From: Selaginella moellendorffii
Lineage: Eukaryota; Plantae; Lycopodiophyta
Assembly (NCBI RefSeq): GCF_000143415.4
Contig: NW_003314324.1
Span: 757,379-821,378, forward strand
DNA: 64,000 nt
Direction of reading: 5' to 3'
The stretch's first letter is position 1, and each line of letters starts with the position of its first letter. Of the stretch, positions 36,011 to 48,309 are shown in pieces. A model generated the notes under the pieces. That model searched no databases. It saw only the letters and a program-made list of their open reading frames with translations, and had not been told where the DNA came from. The translations under genes were made by a program, and so were the position numbers.

Positions 36011-36296
36011 AATGTAGCTATTCTGGAATGTAGACATTTAAACCTTTAATTCACTTAATTTGACCATGCTTTTTACAAAAAAAAAATTATGAAAATAATG
36101 TCAGCTTCTACACCATTGTTCTGGAGCTACCTGTTTGTTTGCAAAAGTCACCAAGGATTCACACTGCGGCTTCTCGAGATTGATTGATGCTCAAAGATTT
36201 CCATGAACACGAGAGCAAGGATTTTCCACGATAAAAAAGTAAGTTGCTCATAGGTAATCGAGCTAAGGAGCAGATGTGTTAACAAACTGTGTGGGA

Positions 36297-37668
36297 GTGT
36301 CATCACATTTTTAGGGTTCTTCACTCTCTCTCTCTCTCTGCGGCGCGCGTCTTCTCCAGGCTCCTCGCCCAGAATGCCCCAGCAGCTGAATCCAGGGGGG
36401 CGCCATGCCGGGTGCTCACCGATCGCGGGCCGTTTGCCTCGCGTCTCAAGAGCCGCGCCGTGCCGACACGTTCAACTGTGGGATTCTCTGCCTGGGTGCG
36501 ACTTTGCACGATTTTATGCTAGTTTTTCCTTGTTCAACGGTATGTCACGCTCGAATGGTTTTCAGTTGCTTGCGTTCCATCAGGTTCCTTGTTTGTTTTT
36601 CCAAATGCATCTCTCTTAAGTTTGTCCAGCATACTTAAAACTTTCTCGGATTTTAATCTTTCTTCAGGCGCTCCAAAGCCAACATTGAAGACCTTTCGAA
36701 GGATCTCAACGGGATCTCAACGCTTTGCGGTGCTCTGGCAGATCCTTTCACTTCTGAGACTGGCGCTGGCAACATCGGCTGGGCTGGAGGCCGGGACTTG
36801 AGTGGGACAACCGCTGCGGAAGGAAGTGGAAAAGGCTGGCGATGGTTTAAAGATCTCTGGCTCGTCGCGCTTGGATTCCGTTCTGGCATAACATGTAAGA
36901 ATCTGTCCAAGGTTTGTCAGTCACGAGAAGAGACTTACCAAGAAGAAATTGTTGATGGACTCTTGTTTTGGAACAGCGCCTTTGATCGAAGCTGGTCAAG
37001 AAGTTGACAAGGAGTATTACCTTCTCTGGCGACTGAGGTGAGTTAAACACTTTTCCTGTTAGGGTTTCGTAACTTAGAAGTTGTAAACTAGGAGAAGCCA
37101 TTCCACTCGAGTACAACATGGCCGCTCTCAACCCCATCAGCTTTGAGAAAGGCTGCAACGTCGGACAGGAACTAATACCAGGGACGCATTTCCGCGCATG
37201 CCTGTAAGTCTCGTTCTGGAAAACGCGGAAGGTACTTTTCCTTGCTCTCCACTCTTTTTTATTCTCTTTAGGATCTCGTACTCACGTGAGCGTGCTTCCT
37301 TCCACTCGCATCACAACTCTCCAAACACGGCACTTTAGAAAACTCTCTTCTTTAGAGTCTCCAGCTAGTCGTGAGCTTTCATCCTCGATAGCAACTCACG
37401 AAACTTCGAAGGTCTCTCATGGTTTGCTTGTTTAATCGCAGAAATGCGCGAGGGAGTGGCTCGTGGCACAGAGATTGTGGATGGAGAAACCGGGAAGAAA
37501 GTGGGGTCAGTGATCACAGCTCTTGGCTCGCGAGGATTGGCGATGGTGAGACTGGAGGCGGCAGCTAAAGACAGACTGAAGCTCCAGAGCGTGGACGGTG
37601 GCTGCGGCGCTTCCGTGAAGCCCATTCGCCCCAAATGGTGGCCCAGTCAATGGGGCACTGTTGAGTGA
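36297..37668 (+). pseudogene. IBA57 pseudogene (duplicate of 8372-10447)
   Basis: Colinear with the first copy including introns. It lacks the start ATG and ~8570-9155, carries frameshifts, and KGCYVGQE has become KGCNVGQE. Only the last exon is still open. Confidence 0.9.
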
Positions 37669-37929
37669 TCATACGGTCGGGTGACGTGTCAAATTCCTAG
37701 GAATATCCCCATCATTTAGGGTTTATAACATGGAGAGCTTAAATTTGGTTGTGTGGCTCAAGCGCGGCCACTCCAAGTGCCACTGCGCCCGTGACAGATC
37801 AAAGCAGCACGGATCTCCACTGGAACAATCGCTACTTAAGCCGCGGCTAATTCGATCGATCGATCCATATCACGCGAGCGCTCGGGAGAGAACACTGGAT
37901 CATCACCACTCACGCGAAGAAAGGAAGCA

Positions 37930-38332
37930 ATGGGGGAGGACGAGGACGTGGAGATGGGGAAGAGGAGCAGCGCCGCGAGCTCCACCGATCTGGAGCAGGC
38001 AATGCCGGCGACGACGGCAGTGTCCATGGATGTCGGAATATCGGAGAGACCCAAGAACAGCCCGGCCTGGATGGCGGCCATGGGCGCCGGGCATTTGAAT
38101 CGGCTGCTCGTGAGCAATCCATCGTCGCCCAAGTCGCGCTTCGCCCCAAAGGATCCCGCGGACCAGAAGCGATCGAGCTTTAACAGCAGCGCCAGCGGCA
38201 GCAAGCCATCGTCTCCAAAGACTCCGAGCTCCACCCAAGACATCCACCGCAAGGACTCCGAAAAGTACGTGCTCTTCCGGACGCGATCCTCCAAGATCGA
38301 GAAGCAGCTGTCACGCCTCCGCGAGGAGGAGA

Positions 38333-38366
<34 letters not shown>

Positions 38367-39798
38367 CCACCACGATCCAGGCGATCATCCAGAGCAGCAG
38401 CAGCAATCCAGCAAACCGATCCACCACGAAGATCACTCCGCCCAAGTCCCCGCCGGGCGATACTTCGATGCTCTCCAAGGCCCGGAGCTCGAGCAGCTCA
38501 AGGAATCCGAGGAGGCGCTCCTCCCTCTCGACCAGCGATGGCCATTCCTCCTGCGCTTCCCAATCTCATCGTTTGGAGTGGCGCTGGGGCTTGGCAGCCA
38601 ATCCATTCTCTGGAAGAACCTCTCCACGGTCCCGGCGATGCGATTCCTCCACGCCCCGGAGATCATCAACACGGTGCTGTGGTTCCTGGCCGCGATCGCG
38701 CTCGCCGGGATCTTCACCACCTATCTCTTCAAGGCGATCTTCTACCTCGAGGCGGTGAGGCGCGAGTACTACCATCCCGTGCGCGCAAACTTCTTCTTCG
38801 CGCCATGGATCGCCGCGATGTTCTTGGCACTGGGCATCCCTCCATCGGCGGGAGTGACGCTCCATCCCTGGATCTGGTGCTGCCTCATGGCGCCAATCCT
38901 CGCGCTGGAGCTCAAGATCTACGGGCAGTGGCTCTCGGGCGGCCAGCGCAGGCTGTCCAAGGTCGCGAATCCGTGCACGCACCTGTCCGTGGTGGGCAAT
39001 TTCGTGGGCGCGCTGCTGGGAGCGACCGTGGGATGGATCGATGGCGGGATCTTCTTCTGGGCGATCGGGCTCGCGCACTACCTGGTGCTCTTTGTCACGC
39101 TCTACCAGCGATTGCCCACCAACGAGGCGCTGCCCAAGGAGCTCCACCCGGTATTCTTCCTCTTTATCGCCGCGCCCAGCGCTGCCAGCCTCGCGTGGGA
39201 GAAGATCACCGGAGACTTTGGCATTGTCTCTCGGATCGCCTTCTTCATCGCCCTCTTCCTCTTCTCATCACTGGTAAGAACCCTAAAATTCGCTGCGTGG
39301 TCTCTTTCCAACGGTACTAACGATTTCGATTGGATTGGAATTCTCTCTTTCTTCCAGGTCGTGAGGATCAATTTCTTCCGGGGCTTTCGATTCTCGCTCG
39401 CCTGGTGGGCGTACACGTTTCCCATGACCGCCATCTCCATCGCCAGCATTCACTATTGCCAGGAGGTCTCCACGCCCGTCACGCAAGCGCTGGCGACGAT
39501 CCTCTCCTCCGTCTCTAGCGCCACTGTGGCGCTGCTCTTCGTGGCGACGATGTGCCACTGGCTGGTGTGGAAGACCCTCTTCCCCAATGATCTCGCCATC
39601 GCCATCACCAACCGGAGGAGGAAGAGGAAGAGGCATTCCCATGGCTCCGAGGAGGATTTCTCCACGAGTAGCGGCAACGGCAGCAGCAAATCCAGGGACG
39701 CCACGAGCAGCAGGACGGATTGGAGCTGGGCGATTCTTCCCAGCGTCGAAATGAGCACCTCGTCGTGCTTTGGGACGAAGACGAAGGTGATCGATTAG
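37930..39798 (+). CDS. SLAC1: S-type anion channel SLAC1-like (594 aa after splicing one 84 nt intron, 39274-39357)
   Basis: AGRYFDALQGPEL, WPFLLRFP, VRREYYHPVRANFFFAPW, LSKVANP, gate motif WWAYTFPMT and LFPNDLAIAIT. CAG/poly-Q tract at ~38335-38364. Confidence 0.92.
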
Positions 39799-39907
39799 CC
39801 CTAAAAGGATATGCTCTTGGTCAATGATTGTTTGACTTTCTTTGACCAAAGTTTTTTGCGATGCTTTCGTCGGAGAAAACGTCGCTACTTTGACGATGCC
39901 GAAGCAA

Positions 39908-42832
39908 TCAACCCTGCAACCAAGCGTGGATCAGACCAACTGGGAATGTAGAAAGGGAAGGAAAGTTTTTCGAGCTACCAAGAAACACCGGTGACGGCTT
40001 TCCGGGGCGAGACTTAAACTCGGGATGGAATTGGACGCCAACATAGAATTTGTGCGATGCCAGTTCCACGATCTTAGAAAATTTCGTTAGCAAGATTATT
40101 GTCTGCAATAAGAAAGATCAAAGAGAGAGTTCTTACCTCCATGCGGCTTCCAGTTTCATCTCTTCCCACGAAACAAAGCCCCGCATTCTCGAGCGAGCTC
40201 ACCATCTCCGGATTTACCTGCGCAGAAAACAAGGATTGAAAACAGTGTACTTAAAAAGCTATTGTCTGTCTAGATTCCAGATCGAAGTATATGACAAAAA
40301 GCATGACACTCGAAGCTTAGTTTTCTCGACTCAACTGTTACGACAAGAAGCGTGGCACTGGACAATAATTGAACATGACAAGCAGCGAGTGACACTCGAT
40401 CAAAAACTCTTTGTTTTTGGCTGATGAGTTCCAGCGCAGGACAAGTAGCATGTTCATACTGTAAATGAAAAGTGCGATCTGACATACCTCGTACCGGTGG
40501 CGATGGCGTTCATCCACAAACATTGCATTCCCATAACTAAAGCACGAAAAAGAAAACAAAAGAAAAGAGCTTCTGTTAGAAAACAATCTTGCCAATCGAT
40601 CCAAAAACAAAAGCTTACAGTTTGGCAGTGATGCAGTTTGTCGTCTGGAAGAGCGTTCTCCTCGCACCCAACCTCATTGTCCCACCTTTACGTGTTTTTG
40701 ATATCTATGGAGACACAGTGAACGAACAAGATTACACACACACATTCAAAAAGAGATAGATACCTCAGGCATGTACACGACACAAGGATGTGGTGTAGCC
40801 GGATCAAACTCAGTGCTGTGTGCTCCGTCCAATCCAAGCACCTAAAAATTGAACCAAGAAGAAAGGTTTTTAGAACTTCTCACTAGATGATTGATCGACT
40901 TAACTGAGCGCGCAAATTCGATCACGGCGATTTGCATGCCCAGGCAGATTCCCAAGTAAGGGACGTTGTTTTCACGAGCATACTTCGCAGCCAAGAGCTT
41001 CCCTTGTATTCCTCGGTCTCCAAATCCTCCAGGAACTAAAACGCCATCGACATTCTGGAGAATCAATTAACCATAAAGCTAGAACAAAAAAAATGAGTTC
41101 CATGCCTTTAGCTTGGTCCATGCGGCAGTGCGTAGACTTTGCGAGGCATCGTCTTCCAGGTCTGACGATGCGACCCATTCAATCTCCAGCTTTTTCTCGC
41201 ACGAGAATGCTGCATGTTGGAGCGCCTGAAAGCGAAATGAAAAAGACCGCATGCGGCAAAAGTAAAGCAAAAGGTGAACAGACCTTGATCACGGAGAGGT
41301 AGGAATCAGCGAGGCCTGTGTACTTCCCAACCATTCCAATTCTTATTACCTATGCGTGAAAAACTAGTAAGCTTGCGCTGGTGAGCTCCAGAAAGTCTTA
41401 CAGAAGAAAGTGTATCGAGTCGCTGGGCTCTTTGCTCCCATTGTGATAGTTCTGGCTGTGATGCGGTGCTGTGAAAAACCAACACAGTCAAAAATTATAT
41501 TTAAGTGAGAATATGTAAGAAACCAGACCTGAGGTTTAGTCTTTCTAGTATAGCAAGATGAACATTTTGATCCTGGAGTGGTGGAAAGAGTCAGAAAAAA
41601 ATTGAAGAACTTTAAGTTATCCTACTCGGAGCAAAAGCGGGACATGCCAAATGTTGGAGACGTCGTGGATGCCGAAGATGTGATGAGCCTGTCTATGCAT
41701 CTTTGTTACTTAGAAAAAAAATATAAATAGAAAACAAGACCAAGATGAAAGAAACGTACCGGGACATGACAAAAGAGCGCAAGTTTCTCCCTAGTACTCT
41801 TTTCCAATGGCTGCGCAAGAAATTGGACAGAGAGAGAGGAAAAAAAAAACTCGTAAGATGAATCAAATGGTAGCACGGGCTTAACTTTGGCACTCCTGCA
41901 AGCAAGTAGTGTGGGTGTTAATCCCAAGGCTCGAAGCGCTTGGACGCTGTGCTGTGTGGGCTTCGTCTTCTGAAAACACATTGCAAAGAATGCTGAGAAG
42001 AGCTGTAAATTCGACAGCTTTGTTACCTGTTCGCCCACGACTCCAAGAACAGGAACAAGGCTGACATGAACGAGGCAAAAGTTCTCTCGTCCCAGACGGA
42101 ACTCAAAGTCGCTCAGAGCTCGAAAGAAAGCTTCTGACTCCATGTCACCTGGACAATATTATCAAATCAACAAGCAAGAAGAAACAACAAAGAAAAACAC
42201 TCACAAACAGTGCCTCCAAGCTCGATCAAACACACATCCGCTTCACCCTCCTTCCCGTCGACAGAAACTTTGGAAACGCGTTGGATCCAATCGTGTATCT
42301 CATTGGTGACGTGAGGAATGGCCTATACCAAAACACACAAACGAAACAAGTCTTTCGAACGACAGAAAAACCAAAACCATGCTCACTTGAACAGTCTTTC
42401 CCAGGTAGTCACCCCTCCTTTCCCTATCAAAAACAGACTATGATCACAGCATCCACAAGCAAACCTTCAGTATTCACAGGACTTGGATCGATCGATAAGT
42501 CACATACCTGATAGATCTTCCCTGTAGTGATGTTGTTATCTCTCGTCAAAGTGATGTCCAGGAAGCGCTCGTAGTTCCCGAGATCCAAGTCGACCTCACC
42601 ACCATCGTCAAGCACGAACACTTCTCCGTGCTCAAAGGGCGACATTGTTCCAGCGTCCACATTAAGGTATGGATCTGCGAGCGATTAGAAAAAAAATAAC
42701 GAGAAAAAGCATACCAATTTTGATGGCAGTAACACGCAAGCCGCAAGCTTGGAGGAGGACTCCAATGCTGCTGGCGGTGATGCCTTTGCCCAGGCCACTC
42801 ACAACCCCGCCGGTTACCACCACGTACTTCAT
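39908..42832 (-). CDS. CTPS: CTP synthase (multi-exon)
   Basis: [58 protein letters not shown], nucleophile GICLGMQ, and [10 protein letters not shown]. Many short GT-AG introns. Confidence 0.95.
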
Positions 42833-42937
42833 CGTATAAACCCTAAACCCTTCCACCACAGCTTGAAAAGTTTGAGAATGGTAGCCCGCAGAAAAAAAAA
42901 ATTGGATTCCAATACCGCTCGAAGAACAAGTTTTCGA

Positions 42938-43825
42938 TTACATCTCGTCATCGGTCCCATTATCATCGTCGTCGTTGTCATCGTCACTGGTACCAGGCTG
43001 CAAGGCAAAGGAAAAGCTAGGATTTTACAAGAGAATTCTCGAGATCTCGCAGTCTCCACCTTGTCTTTGTCCCAGTTCTTGAGTTTGGACTTCCCGAGCA
43101 CAAAATCGTTTTGCAATACTGGCCATCTAGATTCAGTATCCTGTCACAAAGCAACCCAAAATCACACGACGAGAATCTCGAGTTTCTCGTTACCTCCGGT
43201 TGAGATCTCGCGTTGTTTATCTCTGAGAGGAACGCTGCTTTGCTTTGCTTGATCACAGTCTTGGCATCCCGGGACTTGAGAGACTCGGAGTCGGCCTGGA
43301 GCTTCTGTGCCTTGGTCACCGCATTGAAAAGAGTTACCACTGTTTTGGACAAAAGTTCGTGAGAAGAAACGCAAGGAATTCTATTCAACTAGAGAATCCT
43401 CGTACCTCCTCTGGTGGCCAGTTTGATCAGTGCCATCTCCTTGGCATTCACAAACGATTCTGGAAGCAAATGACGCTACAAGAGTCGTAAGTTTTCCTTC
43501 TTCCATAAGCATAGAAACTAATATTTCATACCTCTTGTTCTTGCTTGCTTGGCTTCTTCTTCTTCGCCGCCACCGCCCCATCCTCCTGCGCCGCCAATTT
43601 CTTGGCGACGAGCGTCCTCCGAGCAGCTAACACTGGACCCTAGGACAGCGAGAAATCGATCGATCGAATCGATCAGAGGAGGCCGAGGGAGCGGCAAGAG
43701 AGCAAACATACCACTGCGCTTCCAGGCGAGTCGCTGTAGGACGATTTGATGATCTTGCTGAAGGCCCTGCTGTAGGCATTCTCGTCCTGGCCAGCGTCAT
43801 CGTCTTCCTCCCGCGCCGTTTTCAT
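42938..43825 (-). CDS. RRP15: Ribosomal RNA processing protein 15
   Basis: Spliced reading from ATG 43825: AYSRAFSKII / GPVLAARR / KEMALIKLATRG-VVTLFNAVTKAQ / WPVLQNDFVLGKSKLKNWDK / acidic tail, TAA at 42938-42940. Confidence 0.85.
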
Positions 43826-43875
43826 CAATTCTATAGCTAGGGTTTATACCACTTGAAACATTAGGGTTCTTGACA
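43826..43875. promoter_or_regulatory. 50 bp head-to-head interval with two telo-box motifs
   Basis: TAGGGTTT at 43838-43845 and TTAGGGTT at 43861-43868, between the RRP15 ATG (43825, minus) and the SICKLE-like ATG (43876, plus). Confidence 0.6.
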
Positions 43876-44259
43876 ATGGAGGTAGAACCAGTGGAATCGC
43901 GGCGGCAGCGCCTTCTCGCAATCCGGCAGGCCGCCGCCGCGCAAGAGTCGAATCAGGCAAGCGATCCCAGCTCCAGCGCCACAAAGAGGAAGGCCTGCGA
44001 AGAAGAAGAATCCGATAGAACGGAAGAAGAGGAATCGCACCCGGCGCCTCCATCGCCATCGCCATCGCCATCGAGGTTCTACAGTGGTGCTAGAGGAGGA
44101 GGACGAAGGCAATGGGGGCGAGAAGGGCGCGGGCGTGGGCGCGGCCACTACAACAACGCGCCAGATTCACAAGGGGCGACCATCGATGCGCGGCAGTATT
44201 TTCGAAAGTGGATGCTCCTTGATCCTTGGAAAGATCTCTCGCCGCTGCCACTCCCATGA
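43876..44259 (+). CDS. SIC: SICKLE-like (MPLKIP/TTDN1-motif) protein, 127 aa
   Basis: N-terminal ESRRQRLLAIRQAAA (cf. SIC EKRKQMLKAMRMEAA), RG-rich middle, C-terminal YFRKWMLLDPWKDL motif. Confidence 0.7.
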   Translation: MEVEPVESRRQRLLAIRQAAAAQESNQASDPSSSATKRKACEEEESDRTEEEESHPAPPSPSPSPSRFYSGARGGGRRQWGREGRGRGRGHYNNAPDSQGATIDARQYFRKWMLLDPWKDLSPLPLP

Positions 44260-44471
44260 TTGGAATGGAAATGCTTGATGGAAATTTTAGAGCCAAGAAG
44301 AAAACATCGCTTCTCTCTCTGTCGCTCGCTCGCTCTAGCTCTCATGCTCCATAGCTCGAGCCATGTAGAGCCAACTCGATTTTTTTTCCTCCGCCAAAGA
44401 GCTTCGTCCGGCAAAGAAGAAAAAACTTCACGGCTCCTCCCGCGAGTGTTCTCCTTTTCGCAACTTCTTCT

Positions 44472-45361
44472 TCATCGCCCGGATCCTTCGCGGCTCTGCT
44501 TGATCATCACTTTCTTGTACTCTGCGAGAAAACAAAGGATCGTTCCAAGTTCTTGGCTATGGAATTCGTGGAAAACTTACCTTCCTGGTTTGGCCACAAC
44601 GTTGCCGCATAGCTGTTGAGAGGACTGTTGTTGTTTGGCTCTGTAGAAGCGAGAGATGATCAAAACGATTCGAGAAAAGATCTCATTACCTCCAAGCAGG
44701 CTTTGGATCGATAGCAGAACGGTTCTAACATCGTAAGCCGAGGACCATTTATCCTGCGCCAGCCAGCCACAGCATAGAGAGATTTGTGTGAGAAGAACAT
44801 CATCTCAATCCCAGCAAAACTTCACTGGCGCGCACCTGCAAGATGTCGAGGCAAATGTTGCCGTGCTGATCGACGTTGGGATGGAAACACGACGTCTCAA
44901 ACTTGACTAGCGGTGGCTTGAATGGATAATCCGTGGGAAAGCGCAGCGAGAGCTTGAAAGAGAGACCTTCATACACGGTCGCCTCGCCTCCCTTGATGGT
45001 TCCAATCCATGTAAAGATGTTGTCACCGTCTGGAAACGCTGAAATTCCCGGATCCCCGCAAGTCTATAGCAAAGAAGGAAGGATAAAACGAAACTGAGAC
45101 CAACGGAAACATCGAGAAGAAAAACCAAGCTCTTACCATCAAAGCCATGAGCTCCGATTGCAACCTGGAAGGAGAAGGAAGCTCAGCTCGCGTCAAACCC
45201 TAGCGAGAGGGGAAAGGAACCCTAGAGAGCAAGAACACGCACCTCCTGGCCACGGAATGGCTGTCCACGGGCTGCAAATTCGGCTTGCTCTGCTTGCTGC
45301 TGGCCGGATTGTTGGTGGCTTGCTGCTGCGCGATCGCATCCACGCCGCCGTTCATATTCAT
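44472..45361 (-). CDS. UBC19: Ubiquitin-conjugating enzyme E2-C (UBC19/UBC20, APC/C partner)
   Basis: Spliced [72 protein letters not shown]. Confidence 0.92.
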
Positions 45362-45509
45362 GATCGCAGAGTGCCGCCGAGGAGGGAAGAGGAGAGGTGA
45401 GATTGGCGCCTTACCGGCTAGAACCAGACCTAAAATGCTAATGGAGAGGACTCTGGAAGAGGGAAGAACTTCTCGCTTTTGTGCTTTCCACCAAAAGCAA
45501 ATGCGTTGT

Positions 45510-45655
45510 GGGGATTCAACGGGATTGGAATACCCAGTGGCGTCCGTGCAATACCAAGCGACGCGCACGCCTTCGTGGGCCCAATTTGACCGTTGCGTGA
45601 ATTTAAAAGCGGGCCTGGGATCCGGGCCGTTGAAGCCACAAGGATCCGTTAGAAG
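45510..45655 (-). promoter_or_regulatory. Cluster of four MSA (AACGG) mitosis-specific elements plus a site II element
   Basis: CAACGG 45517-22, GACCGTTG 45588-95, GGCCGTTG 45625-32, TCCGTTAGA 45645-53, and TGGGCC at 45576. Lies upstream of a G2/M gene. Confidence 0.75.
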
Positions 45656-46014
45656 AATTGCTAAAAGGATTGCATTGTTTCTATAGTTTGCAAGAATCAA
45701 ATTATAATGTGTACCAAATCACTTTTTTTATAAGTAATTTGGTTTATTAGAATTTGGAAGGTGACTAGATAGATAGATAGATAGCTATGTTTAATCAGTG
45801 AGAGCATGGGACTTTAGGATAGGAGATGTGATAGAAACGGTTCATCTCATTTTAGCTATGGCTTCGAACTTCAGTAGAATCCTTGTCTGCAGGATCTAAT
45901 TCTGAGAGCGGCCTGTAAGTTAGCATCAAGTAAACGATTCGTCTTTACTTTTGGATTTTCCTACACAACTTTTACGCTGAAATGGAAATCAAACCAATTC
46001 GCCCAGCAAGTCAT

Positions 46015-47286
46015 TCAACGGACGACACAGCCGATGAGCCTGAAGCTCGATTCAACAGTCTCCAATCGGTAGCCCGTCCCAAGTCGAATCTCGCAGCTTA
46101 GTCCCGTGGCTGGCAGCCTCCGAGGATGGCGGCCATCAATGCCTGTCTGCACGTCACAAGCCTCAGCAGTAAAGCGAAGCATCCCATAGACATCGTTGTA
46201 GTTGGAGTCGGACCAGAGCACAGCAACAGGCAGGAAGAAGATTGTTCTCCGCCGCATGTCAGTCAGGTAGAGGTGCATCTCGTCTCCGTTTCCACAGACT
46301 TGGGCGTGCAGGTTCTGTGGAATGAGTTGCTGAAGGTAAGCAACGAGGTGAGGAATGTCATCTGGGCCTTCCACGGCAACCAGGTTTTCGCCCTGGTCGT
46401 CAGGGTGGCGGAACGCGGGATCGAAATGCACTCACCAGGTAGAAACTGCGGCATCCGGTAGAAATTTTAGAATGGTATTGCCCAGGCGGGGTAAATTACA
46501 TACCCGGCATCGCAATCCCCCCTTGAGCTCCATTTCCTCCGGTGCTGGGATGAGAAGCGCTTCCTGTTTGATCAAATTCAACAAGGATCAGACAGCAAAA
46601 AGTCCTTTCAAGTGAATTTGTTAAAGGTGGCAACCTTCGGCGGTCTGCTCCTCAACAGGCTCAACAGCTGCAAGCATACAGTAAGTCGTACTTTATTTTT
46701 CCCTGGACACCATTACCTGAAATGTCTTGGTCAGCTATGCGTTCGTCTGGGCGATCGCCACCAGAATCACGCCCTGACAGAGAACATAGGCGCATCCAAA
46801 TCTAAAACCGACCTTGCTCGTCATCGTCTCTGGTTTCAAGCTCATCTTCCGGACCTCCATTCTCTACAGAAAGCCATGTTAAAGACACCCGTGCTGCCAA
46901 ATCTGCGAAACAAGAGCTAAATACCTGGCGCCTGGATTCTTGCCTCGCTCTCGTTCTGGAGATCACCAGCGGAATCTTTCCCTGACAAGGAAGCGGTAGA
47001 ATTCGAAGGAGTCGAGCCGGGCACTGAGAAGAAAGAAAGAGAAGAAAATCCACACGAATTGATCAATCAGAGACATGCAGGACTTACCAGGCACTGAAAT
47101 CACATCGGCGTCGCTGGCGCTAGAAGTAGGCGGCAGATCCAGTCCAGAGCACAGATTTGCAAGAATGGCTGCGACTTCTCGCGCGGCAGGGAGGCACAGG
47201 CTGTCGAGAATCGATGCGCCACTCCCACTGCCAATCAAGAACACAGCTAAAACGAGAAAAACCAATGCGCGCTTCTCCGTCGCCAT
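46015..47286 (-). CDS. Putative secreted multi-exon protein of unknown family; exon chain uncertain, may be decayed
   Basis: Signal-peptide-like MATEKRALVFLVLAVFLIGSGSG, several short GT..AG segments, and a Cys-containing terminal ORF. I could not build one consistent frame. Confidence 0.4.
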
Positions 47287-48309
47287 AGCCTCTCGCCTCT
47301 CCAAAGTACGCTCCTTTCTCACCCCTTACGTCCGAAAAGTTACTCCGGTTAAAACCAGGTAACTCACCGCCCCTGCCACTATTACTCCAGGTAAGTCACA
47401 GCCCCGACCACAGTCACTGCTCGGTTAAAACCATGTTCATAAATTACCAGTTAAGAGTCTTATTGCGAATGTTTTTCTTAGTATTGTGATCATGAGAATA
47501 TATTGATATTCTGTAAAGGCATATATAAGAATATACTAGATATTCTTTACTGAAGCTCCCAGCCACGCTCTATGTTCTTCCACGCTCCAAGCTCTTTTAT
47601 GCTCCTTGTTCCTCCAAATTCCAAGCTCTATGTTCTCTATGTCTTTGACCAACAACAAAAAAAGTATTAGTCAAATAAAATTTGTTCTTATACAGTTAAT
47701 CTATGAGAGAATATTTTTATTGCAGGAATAGAGGCATGCGCTGTCTTCTTGATCAGTAGCTTGTAAAATTCCCAAGCTTTAGCTGTTTTGAGTTTTTTAG
47801 CCGCTGGTTGTAAGTTTGCAAGCTATTCCTGAGATAAACTTTTGCCTTCTCCCTATTGTATGTATACCGCAATCTAACCAACAAGTTGCCTTTGTTGTTT
47901 GAACAACATTGCCACCAACAGCTTCTTTAACAGTTAGAGTCTAGTGTCTTGAAGGATAGATCAATATGTCTTGTGCGGCGAAACAAAGCCCAGATGAGTG
48001 TGCAATGTAAAAAATAGATGACTGACATGCTCCAGTACAATAACATGGATATTCTCATCCTCCACTTGCAATTCTCTGCAGCTATCGAGAACAGCAAACT
48101 CAATCAACAATGCTCACCAGATTAAAAGACAGCTTCTTGTCCATCCTACCACCGCGCTGAACATGAATCTGTGGCGGGTAAAACCTCACGCCCCTTCGAA
48201 AGTCACCTCCTCCCCATTCTTTAGAACGAATATGGTAAAAATCAGTCTAGCGATTCTTTGACATTCTGCACGCGTACCCTGTTTGATGAGCGAATAAACA
48301 AATAGCTCT

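Noticed and set aside
38433-39849. Overlapping antisense and alternate-frame ORFs in SLAC1 (likewise in the PPR 3' end and GT2 gene)
   Set aside because: By-products of GC-rich codon usage, with no motifs.
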